From positions 144,845,276-144,893,964 of the forward strand of contig NC_068982.1 of assembly GCF_001194135.2 (NCBI RefSeq): a DNA stretch of 48,689 nucleotides, given 5' to 3'. Below the pieces are notes generated by a model. It worked only from the letters and a program-made list of their open reading frames with translations. It was not told the DNA's origin and made no database searches. The DNA is from Octopus bimaculoides. Lineage: Eukaryota. Position 1 is the first letter of the stretch. Each line of letters begins with the position of its first letter. This document shows positions 35,001 to 42,942 of the stretch, one piece after another. Both the position numbers and the translations under genes were made by a program.

Positions 35001-36632
35001 ATTACATCTATGGATGCTTATAGTGATGGTCCATCTAGAATGGCTGACAGGAATTTTGCAGACAGCTTTCATAATAATAGTAATACTAATAATAACAATC
35101 GTAATAAAACTGTTCAATTTCAAAACTCATCATCACAAAAATCCTGTTCAGAAGAATTATACATTTGTAAATATGGATGCAAGACATTTGGTACTTATAA
35201 AGAACTTATTTCACATTTACAATCTCATTGTGAAATGAAAGATACACAGGATGATTTTGGTGAAAAAGAAGACATGAATCATGTAGAGTCATTAGAAGAG
35301 AATATGGAAAACTGTAAGGGTGATAGTCAAGTGTTGAAGTTGTTTTTATGTGAATATGGGTGTGGTACATATTTTACAGTTGATGAGCTACGGCATCACT
35401 CACTTGAAGTTCATAACAAACCTGCAACAATAAAGAACCAGGAAGATAGATTTGATTCAAAATCATGTGGCAGCAAGAATTCAATCTTGAAAGTTAAAAG
35501 CCCTTATAAATGTTCATATTGTACAAAAGTATTCTCGATACGAAGCCAGCTAACAAAGCATATTCGAATTCATACAGGAGAAACCCCCCACTGTTGCCAC
35601 TATTGTGGCGCTGGCTTTGCTAATCCAAGCAATCTGACACGTCACATCAGAACTCACACTGGAGAGAAACCATATAATTGTCCATCATGTAAAAAGGCTT
35701 TTGGAAGTTCAAGTAACATGAAGGAACACATGAAAACACATTCCAAACTTTCTTTATATAATTGTAAATTTTGTCCTCAGAAATTTTCTTTGTTTCAGAG
35801 CTTTCAACAGCATATGAAATGCCATAGTAATGTCAATGAATTAACTGATGATGATGACAATGATGCAGATAATAATAATAATAATGATGATGATGATGGC
35901 GGCAATGGTGGCGACGATGATGATGACGATGAGAAGCACCTTAACACACAGACTGTTATCTATGTAGAAGAACTAGATAATATAAATGAACAGTTAGCTG
36001 ATGAGTCTGCTATTGTTGCTTCCAATATTTTGAATTTAGAGCAGCAAAAGGAAAGTACTGAGGGAAATTATCAAGTGCCAACCGCAGAAAATATGAATCT
36101 TCAACCGAAAGAAATATGTTACTTTGGAGACATTGAAGAAGAACTTAAAAATTTCGATGCACCCATTTACACACATAAAAAACCTAACAGTTCTCGGCAT
36201 CGTAAAAGGTCAAATAAATCAGAAGACCATATAATAAATCTTGTAGACTTTTCATTGTCAGACTATGCAGGTGGCAGCAAAGAATCTCCAACATCAAGCA
36301 AGAGTCAGTCTCACCAAGACAGAAAGTATATTCGCAACGCTCCCCCAAAACGGACCCACATCACAAAAGCACGTTCCTTACCCCCTTATGTATGTAAATA
36401 CTGTCAAAAACTGTTCACCATTCGCAGTAATTTGATAAAACATATACGTACACATACAGGTGAGAAGCCCTTCAAATGCCACTTGTGTGAAGCAGCTTTT
36501 GCTAACCCAAGCAATTTGACTCGACATGTTCGTACACACACAGGTGAGAAGCCTTACCTTTGTCTATGCTGTTCAAAAACCTTTAGAGCTTCATCTAATC
36601 TCAAAGTTCATCTTAGAGTTCATTGTAGTTAA
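29034..36632 (+). CDS. Single-exon 2532-aa multi-cluster C2H2 zinc-finger protein (about 27 fingers, seven repeated modules)
   Basis: Uninterrupted 7.6-kb ORF with an in-frame stop just upstream (29019). Modules with TGEKP-type linkers at 29091-29411, 31299-31535, 32268-32594, 33405-33725, 34209-34445, 35505-35825 and 36387-36623. Two CX3C fingers at 35160-35414. N-terminal PKKKV NLS-like motif. No KRAB, SCAN, BTB or SET domain recognised. Confidence 0.97.
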   Translation: MASSPKKKVSIKADESPRLYKCTFCTKTFNVHGNLIKHTRTHTGERPFRCYICEKAFANPSNLTRHKRLHTGDRPYICTFCQKTFRASSNLREHLKSHLGDSTFTCQHCESSFTVFAEYSLHMEEHFETASRLLFGSSTMALSSSVSQNTFEKKEKRNKTLKEPSSLSYVSPEGVQEESSSDLKSNHVERNLVKGDCKMQLDLVIPEDSNLLNSQKDLLFSVESSQNNNSCSDVSLLSSSSYQDMEVKTNANLQYSEEKDLITKVPVSKEGMEMVNYLSENFNEYKAGTCIDIVDLNKEPQIRQPPTLSEIDYQTVGSSKTNLLTGRSKEKQWNFCSTEEDQSALDISKKDLENLSENVNSGYCLDFRDESTCTLDELSHKLTQCFYCQRIFSSDDQIKDCDDSSKDHPCCGTCNKTQTGSAWLLSNSTSVKKSFKCLFCQNEFTDSIELNQHSCIMDVNDKRYNQYFKNSKSTTDCFAKDSIKTSTSFIDSCFEKVLLENQMDNALSSKDIQLDNVLNISTVQMDNIHGGKNSQLGIVQNCKNSQLDSTDGANDIQLDSIQSSILDNFRDIQHLNALSESNKHSESSVKDLSAPENFYSLIKKGNMLEERLHSTATKYLKETVNSPKSGEDSDKDSDDVIIVNDMLQTLSNNEKIIQDKDTSSGFIFDRVHSPAQNLNYDSILLYKSSKNLNSHAEIQGTENNLTNFTSTQISGKKQKETLNKKNKLSITGLVKNVSTKHDKKFKTESVSHPKIHKCRYCDKVFTVHGNLIKHIRIHTGEKPFQCALCTAAFANPSNLTRHVRIHTGEKPYKCTYCDRSFRDSSSLMSHHQTHLKYPLKNFSRNKKPSKNASAKPSLKINHKQKKNVDEKIEKTLSSSKVNFDSNNAKLFWPQELSSMHVKGNNGLKKQRKSNQLETVDLDSFSDTESNERKVAVGPNKLIPDKIEMYKSNSSSSTTTITTTVTTATDGGNENSVKLNESQRPGGLSTRLRNYSPILIECNSETPEDLKNGNDNSNGFKTDEILKQSDFNGSTKIINSTSLDAADKKKCLRAQNNSVVLKPTDLNGDKNVKSKGRRLHTCIYCSKSFTVHSNLIKHIRIHTGEKPFKCQLCEKAFANPSNMTRHLRVHTIEPSYKCTACPRTFRAPNNLKVHMSLHTQSSTVQKVCFICQAVYARKKELVNHLKIHTTMENTDYSNDFNSDSNECLSISLPSPQTPNPQSIQFPFIKQGFMQKTQSGCNSSQHDDVVEVSKVNVASNSLDLASLNLKNIPSNKSSSKLSGPSVKLHNSDSLEVNPMVKKVFSEGFPQSDEFCELPENLNASNAGNEHFLSQSPRPGLTVMDSNDNSKASYSDVCVENVEDEESKIYNESPVKLSKSEQVILIEERFSKEDFLTLPYGNSHIEVENASSNCNSPYKNEETSVNIQSLSSENEMHNSSDFEMKSTKRKATKRKTHRKQHSCKFCGRGFPSRCNLIKHIRTHTGEKPFRCKCCRASFANPSNLTRHVRTHTGEKPYPCPHCPKSFRASSTLKHHIYTHAKCNSYKCRFCSKVYSIFSKFKLHLLTHTKSAKSKCIVEDHSIPSQAFLPPVSKSVDKSSKKIPENASDLSESSHHINRYLLDQELQPSQASFIKNEEVLGFKNSKEIAFSDEVETSAAHNDLSKNNLDHYSFFSENAVSSYAGKRTGAKKQRRRAKTNSIELHEAENQSSFWSQFPSETSTPRKRKAIHKCNYCEKAFTVSSNLRKHVRTHTGEKPFMCRFCSRPFANPSNLIRHERIHTGEKPYICNFCPQHFAASSSLKEHIKRHTAVSGNDDSLLLADIDIPTSYGMKQSAVSVVTENDLLHNKTAELSANIKYENDYSESEQEIIDDCLNVNTCALESTECSSAETEKNNESPNIIHSVLNPLTVVSDSNLAIENIKQVRYKDGQINGENLAGDVSSVSLTLRQGLKDTEKGIKFEEEQENSSCHPDKGSKNLSNVNDNSDISNSDCIITSMDAYSDGPSRMADRNFADSFHNNSNTNNNNRNKTVQFQNSSSQKSCSEELYICKYGCKTFGTYKELISHLQSHCEMKDTQDDFGEKEDMNHVESLEENMENCKGDSQVLKLFLCEYGCGTYFTVDELRHHSLEVHNKPATIKNQEDRFDSKSCGSKNSILKVKSPYKCSYCTKVFSIRSQLTKHIRIHTGETPHCCHYCGAGFANPSNLTRHIRTHTGEKPYNCPSCKKAFGSSSNMKEHMKTHSKLSLYNCKFCPQKFSLFQSFQQHMKCHSNVNELTDDDDNDADNNNNNDDDDGGNGGDDDDDDEKHLNTQTVIYVEELDNINEQLADESAIVASNILNLEQQKESTEGNYQVPTAENMNLQPKEICYFGDIEEELKNFDAPIYTHKKPNSSRHRKRSNKSEDHIINLVDFSLSDYAGGSKESPTSSKSQSHQDRKYIRNAPPKRTHITKARSLPPYVCKYCQKLFTIRSNLIKHIRTHTGEKPFKCHLCEAAFANPSNLTRHVRTHTGEKPYLCLCCSKTFRASSNLKVHLRVHCS
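30537..30734 (+). repeat. Coding 33-bp (11-aa) degenerate tandem repeat x6
   Basis: QMDNALSSKDI / QLDNVLNISTV / QMDNIHGGKNS / QLGIVQNCKNS / QLDSTDGANDI / QLDSIQSSILD. Confidence 0.85.
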
Positions 36633-36748
36633 ATGTTAAGCCTCACTCATCTTTATGGTTCTGTTACCATATAAAATAATGTTAAAAGCTTCAAACCTTT
36701 TATATTTAAAAACTTTTTCATGTCATGTTTAAGCTAATTTAATGGAAA

Positions 36749-36806
<58 letters not shown>

Positions 36807-37023
36807 NNNNNNNNNNNNNNNNNNNNNNNNNNNNNNNNNNNNNNNNNNNNNNNNNNNNNNNNNNNNNNNNNNNNNNNNNNNNNNNNNNNNNNNNNNNNNN
36901 NNNNNNNNNNNNNNNNNNNNNNNNNNNNNNNNNNNNNNNNNNNNNNNNNNNNNNNNNNNNNNNNNNNNNNNNNNNNNNNNNNNNNNNNNNNNNNNNNNNN
37001 NNNNNNNNNNNNNNNNNNNNNNN

Positions 37024-37061
<38 letters not shown>
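36749..37061. repeat. (CA)n and (TA)n microsatellites flanking an assembly gap
   Basis: Direct inspection. Ns at 36807-37023. Confidence 0.95.
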
Positions 37062-37064
<3 letters not shown>

Positions 37065-37152
37065 GAGAATATACAAATAATAACAACAGACGAGGACAGG
37101 TGGTGTAAATAACAAAAGTATATATTAGTATGACGCTCGGGAATACGGAAAG

Positions 37153-37189
37153 TCTTTGACGTTTCGAGCTACGCTCTTCAACAGAAAGA
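37153..37189 (-). ncRNA. Minimal type-I hammerhead-like motif (variant core) in a Penelope-type repeat fragment
   Basis: Minus strand reads TCTTT CTGTTGA A GAGC GTA GCTC GAAAC GTC AAAGA: 5-bp stem I, 4-bp stem II and a GUC triplet. The core has U where CUGANGA has A6. Confidence 0.5.
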
Positions 37190-38265
37190 ATACGGAGACA
37201 AGGAGATAAATGATATATATATATATGACATGTAGCTATGGGTATAAGGGACTAGACTACAGACTACATAGTTTTGAGTTCAAACCCTACTTGTAGCCAT
37301 TGAGTTGTGCCAACAGGCAAAGCATCTGACACAACTTTCCTATTCTACAGTTGAGTTGATAGTTAGCAAGGGTATGCAGCTGGACAAGCGAGTGCTCTAA
37401 TTGTATTGAAAAATGTCCATACTTGTCTTTTTAAAAAAATAATAACAAACTATTTATGGTAATTGGTTGGAAATGTTAAAAATGTATATATTTATGTACT
37501 GTTCTTAAGGAAAAAAAAAAAAAGTGGAAAATTTGTAAATACAATTTTGTGAAAATTCTTCAGTCATATTTATGTCAGAACAAAACATAAAGTGTATGAT
37601 ATTTTTGGTGGACATGATTTTTACATTAGGATTTTTTTAAATGAAAAAGAGAAAAGCAAAAAAAAAAATGAACTCCAAAGAAAATAGAGAGAAGGAGAGA
37701 GATAGAAAGGGAAAGAAAGAGAGAGAGAGAACTGATATAGTGTGTGATTATTTTAAATCTGGCATATTTGTCACTTTGTAAAGTTCCAATTAAACATGTA
37801 ACTTTTGAAGAGAAATTCCATTTCGTTACTTAGAGCTTGTATTATATTTCTCTCATGTGAAATTAACTGTAATTTGATGATTTAGTACCATCATTTAACA
37901 TGAACTTATTTAACTGTTCGTCTGATAGGACTGGATGAATGACAAGTACTTGGAGGAAACTAGTATAATAATGCAACACTGTCTTGATTTTTTAATGACA
38001 GATAACGTGAATATGTATAAATTATCATCATTACCATAGTTGTTCTGATATGTCCATTTTTCTCATGCTGGCATGGGTTGACTAGGTCTGTTCCAGCACA
38101 GCTTCTAGCCACTATTTTTTTTTTATCATCTGATAATACAGTCAACAACAGAACTCTTCTCTAATTTTTGTTGTTGTGTATATTATGTTGACATTATTTT
38201 TATAGCTGGATACACTTCCTGTCAGCAGTTATGTATATGCATACACACACACGCACACACACACA

Positions 38266-38322
<57 letters not shown>

Positions 38323-38714
38323 TAATACAAAATAATATATTTTTGTACAGATCTTTTTAAAGCCAAGATATTTGTGTGGAAACATTAATGTTAATTTGAA
38401 AAGTTTTCAAAGCTTGGCAGATGTGTCCAGTGTAGATTGTGTTTTAGAAACATCTGTTTATTATATTATTTTTATAGTTACATGGATAATACTTCAGGGC
38501 TGATAGTTTGCTAGCAATTTCGTATGAAGATGAAATAATTTTCAAAATTAGGAGATAGCAGCTACTTAACTTGAAACTAATATGGAAGCAAAAATAATCT
38601 GTACCATAGTGCTGAATGTATAGTTTTTAATACTGTTATCGGAAGAGGAAGGGCAGTCTTCATAACTACTTTTTCAGTGGCCCTAAAATAGATGAAAGGA
38701 AAGGAACAAGTTAT

Positions 38715-38940
38715 CTTTAATTATTATGTTACCATATTTCCACTGAAATATATTGTTTTCCAATTAATTTTGAAAACATTGAAGAATTAGTATAATTACT
38801 TTGCCTTTATTAAGCTGGTATTTGGAATGAAAATTGAGGTGGGATTTTGATGGAGGGTTTAAATTAGATCCTTTTTAAACAGGAAGTTTATATCATAGAA
38901 TTAGGGATGGTCTTAGGTAGGTTGGTATTAAAATGGTTAA
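38715..38940. mobile_element. Decayed MITE, possibly piggyBac-like
   Basis: Right end GGTATTAAAATGGTTAA resembles a decayed AAAAGGG|TTAA terminus. The left end is not clearly recoverable. Confidence 0.3.
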
Positions 38941-39700
38941 ATGGGGATCTAGCCCATATCCTTTGGAAAGAATGGCCTTCACTAAAGGCACACTAAAGTT
39001 AGGTGATGGTGTTAAACCAAGTGATGGAGTAAGCCTACCACTCAATGTTAGGGATGTTTATAATTAAATGATAAGGTAGTGGCCACACTTAATTAGAAAG
39101 GAATAACTGGAGAATCTATGTTTTTGTAAGTGTGAACAGTGCTTTGCATAAAATGTGATGTGAAATTTTATGATGACTGAAAATGAAACAAAAAGAAAAT
39201 TGAAGTCACATAATACGATAGGCAGGTGTAACAAAGTTTTGCTGAAAAACTTCTGTGAAGTGTAGTGAGTCAAGAGTTGGCTGTTTAGCTTCAAGTTAGC
39301 CCTGATCAAGCAGTCCTGTGATCAAAGTTATTCCAAGTGTGAACATCACACTTGTTTAGAGGTATGTAGGACAGCATTTCTAATGTGTCCTTGCCTAATT
39401 CATAATAGTATGATGTGATTTGAAGGAGATTTGGCTGCTAATTTTAGCAGTCTGAGTGATCATGTAAAAACTCTCTTGTTGGTTCATATGCCAAACGTAA
39501 TTTACCTCATAGAGAGGTTAGAATATGAATAGAGGGACAGAAATAGGTGTCTTGCATAAAGGAGATACATGGCTACCTCAGTAGGAGAGAGAGAGAGAGA
39601 AAAGAGAGGGGAGAGAAGATTTCTCATTTTCTATTACTGATTTTTTTGATACCTTCTTTCTGTGATTCAGTGCCTCTCCCCCATTTTTAATGTACTTATA

Positions 39701-40568
39701 CATAGTATCAAAAAGTTTCTGGAGTAGTTCTGTAGAGCACCAACAGATGGCAGCAGATGGTTGTGTGTGCAGTGAGAGCTAACTGTGACCTTCATGAGTC
39801 AGTGTGCCAAGTGACATTGCTATGTTGACTTTGCAAGTTGTGAAATTTGCGTTTTTGTGATTTTGTCATGGACAGGAACAAAGAGCCAACATGAAATTTT
39901 ATGTTAAACTTGGGAAGTCTGCTACAGAGACATTGAGCATAACCCATTGCCTTGTTGCTACAGCAACAAGGCAATGGGTTATATGCAATGTTTTGAGTAG
40001 CACAGTTGCTTCAAAAGTGGAAGAACTAACATGGAAGACAATGACCTGTCGTGAGCGTCAGCCCTGGAAATGTATTGTGCATCAAGAATTCATCTCCCAG
40101 GGCCAGACTGTCAATTGAGCATTCTATGTGACATTATGAAGTGTTTGAGGGAGGACATTCGGCAAAAGTGACCGGGTTTGTGGGGCATGAAGTATTGGAT
40201 TCTTCATGATGACAATTTACCCTATTACCGAGCTCTCTCCACTTGTGAGTTTCTTGGTATTGCTTCCACACCCACCCTATTTGCCAGATTTAGCACCTCT
40301 GGACTTCCATCTCTTTGCCAAAATGAAAATGTAGTTCAAAGGTCACCATTTTTACACCATTGTCAAGACCCAGTGCGAATTGCAGAAGGTCATCGACTCG
40401 CTTACAGAAAACAACTTCCCGGCTGGATTTCAAAAGTGGTAGGAATGCTGGGACCGGTGTATTGCTGAGCAAGGTGGCTATTTCGGAGGAGATGATATTA
40501 AAACTTAGGTAAATAAGTTATTTTTGATTAAACACAACTAGTCCTGGAACTTTTTGATACCACCTTGT
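39701..40568 (+). mobile_element. Internally deleted, decayed mariner (DD34D-type) transposon
   Basis: TIRs GTATCAAAAAGTTTCTGGAGTAGTT (left) and GTATCAAAAAGTTCCAGGACTAGTT (right, reverse complement). Transposase fragments EQRANMKFYVKLGKSATET, WILHDDN and HPPYLPDLAPLDFHLF. The first catalytic Asp region is missing. Confidence 0.9.
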
Positions 40569-40569
40569 G

Positions 40570-40953
40570 GTGGTTGGCGCTCCGTCGGTTATGACAACAA
40601 GGGTTCCAGTTGATCCGATCAACGGAACAGCGTGCTTGTGAAATTACCGTGCAAGTGGCTGAGCATTCCACAGACATGTGTACACTTAATGTAGTTCTCG
40701 GGGAGATTCAGCGTGACACAGATTGTGACAAGGCTGGCCCTTTGAAATACAGGTACAACAGAAACAGGAAGAAAGAGTGAGAGAAAGTTGTGGTGAAAGA
40801 GTACAGCAGGGTTCGCCACCATCCCCTGCCGGAGCCTCATGGATCTTTAGGTGTTTTCGCTCAATAAACACTCACAACACCTGGTCTGGGAATCGAAACC
40901 ACGATCCTACGACCGCCAGTTCGCTACCCTAACCACTGGGCCATTTGGCCTCC
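40570..40953 (-). mobile_element. Family-B tRNA-derived SINE, near full length
   Basis: Head GGAGGCCAAATGGCCCAGTGGTTAGGGTAGCGAAC...GTTTCGATTCCC, matching the copy at 1970-2171. Confidence 0.8.
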
Positions 40954-42344
40954 GCTACCACTTTGTAATATCAAGCCAGCATAATTTAGTTCTGAGTACT
41001 AGTTTGACATGGATGACTAACTACAGCACAACCCAACTATAAGTAAATATTTGATGCATCACTGCTTGTCCTTAGTGACCCAACATGTGGTTTCGACCTA
41101 AACTCAGGTACTTATTATTTGTCCTTCATATAAGTCCCTGTAGCCCCCTTTGCCCTTAATATCTGTCCTTCTCCCTCCCCCCATGCCGTAATACTGCCAG
41201 CTTTCAGAAGCACTGATCTGCATTATCTGATGTCTTTTTTTTTTTTTTTTTTCCAATGGTGGTAGGGTGTTATTTTAAGGGATATTTGATTGTGTTTTAA
41301 GATAGTAACCTGATCAGTTTAAAGCTCTGGATATTTTAGTATGCAGATGCAGTAAAGCTTTGCGGACTGAAAGTAGAAGGTTTTTTTTTTTTGTGTGTGC
41401 CAGCCAGAATACAAATGAAGTCATTGTGAGTGACAAATTTACAGATGTTGCCCTACCACTAGCCCAAATCTGAATGAATCAGATACCCCATCCATAATTC
41501 ATACACACACACAAATATTTTTTTCTTTATTATTTATTTGTAACTTTCTGCCATTTTAAACCCCACTTATAACAAGCAACTCTCTCTCTCTCTTCACAAA
41601 TGGTTTCTCCATTGATAAAAACAGCCTTGAAAATGTGTGTGTGTGATTGCAGGTTTTTAAAAATATTTGTATTTTATTCATGAGGGCTTGGGTCTATAAG
41701 TCGACGGTTATCTATATAATGTAGCTTGTTGTGGTAAATACGTATAAATATTTATTGAGAAAAGGGGTACTTTGATTGACAATGATCTACAATGTCCAGT
41801 GATGGACTAAAAACTAGATGCATAACAATATTTAATTTTGTCCTTTGTTATATGTTCAAATCCTCTTGTGGTCAACTTTGTTTTTCATCCTCCCAGGTGT
41901 CAATAAAACAACTACGAAGTACAACTGAAGTCGATTCCATCAAGTATTCATCAACTCAGCAAATATTTTTCTGCCGAATAAATGACAAACTACTACTCAC
42001 AAAAAAAAAAGAAAAAAAAAAGTAAATCGTAACAAGGGTAATAACTCTATAAAACCAAAAAAAAAAAAAAACCCACGCAAATTGAAATAAGGGAATTTGA
42101 GTAGTCTCCCCTTGAACGGTAATTTTTGTTTGTTTCTTCGTGGTGGTAATTTATAGTCTTCAATAGAAAAAAAAAAATGATATTTTTTACATTTAATAAA
42201 TATTAAATATGATGAGGATGAAAATGTGAGAGAACCTGGAGGGACACTTTCTTTGTCCTGTTTTATATGTACTCTTTATATTTGCACGTTTCGCTTTGTT
42301 TCAATGTAAACATGTATTTGCAGTTCAGTCCTTGGCTAGCCAAC

Positions 42345-42350
42345 AATAAA
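42345..42350 (+). terminator. Candidate polyadenylation signal AATAAA
   Basis: Preceded by several TGTA motifs in U-rich non-repeat sequence. Another AATAAA lies at about 42195. Not transcript-supported. Confidence 0.25.
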
Positions 42351-42760
42351 TTTAATTTAAGAAGATATTTTATGTCAATATAATCAGATGTGTCTGTCTT
42401 TAGTCATTGCTACATAAACGTATTAAAGTATTTTATGTTGGGAAATCATAATTGTCAAAAGATTTCGAATATGAAACACTAGAATTCCGAGGCAATTGCT
42501 GTTGTTGTTCTTGTCATTGTTTACCCCTATTGTGAGCTCTGAATGACCAGTTCTATGATTTAAAGGCATTCCAGTCATGACTATCCTGTCTTATTTTTCA
42601 GTCATTGTATCTTGGGTCATATTGAATATGTCCTTTTTGCAGGTCTGGAGGGTAAGATTTGTGGGTATTTGGTTATTGTTTCTTGCATGTTTCTCATGTA
42701 GTGGTTCCCCTGTTCAAGCAATGAAGTAATTGAGGTATGTTAGAGTTTCTTAAAGAAAAG

Positions 42761-42942
42761 AAACATCTACTTTCTAGAGACAACTTTCAAGCAATTCTTT
42801 CAAGCAACTTTCAAACATCTACTTTCTAGAGACAACTTTCAAGCAATTCTTTCAAGCAACTTTCTAGAGACAACTTTCAAGCAATTCTTTCAAGCAACTT
42901 TCAAACATCTACTTTATAGAGACAACTTTCAAGCAATTCTTT
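42761..42942. repeat. 52-bp minisatellite, about 3.5 units
   Basis: Unit AAACATCTACTTTCTAGAGACAACTTTCAAGCAATTCTTTCAAGCAACTTTC at 42761 and 42813, a partial unit at 42865, and another at 42903. Confidence 0.95.

Noticed and set aside
29329-35238. Alternative-frame and antisense ORFs within the zinc-finger CDS
   Set aside because: These are short shadow ORFs expected inside a long coding region.
29034-36632. Orthology to MECOM/EVI1/PRDM16 or hamlet
   Set aside because: Only the helix motif PSNLxRH is similar. There is no PR/SET domain and the finger organisation differs, so no gene symbol is given.
37875-37925. C/D-box snoRNA candidate (TGATGA ... CTGA)
   Set aside because: It is too short, has no terminal stem and no evident guide.
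41792-42025. 77-aa ORF after a possible acceptor at about 41895
   Set aside because: It shows no homology, runs into poly-A tracts and is more consistent with UTR sequence.
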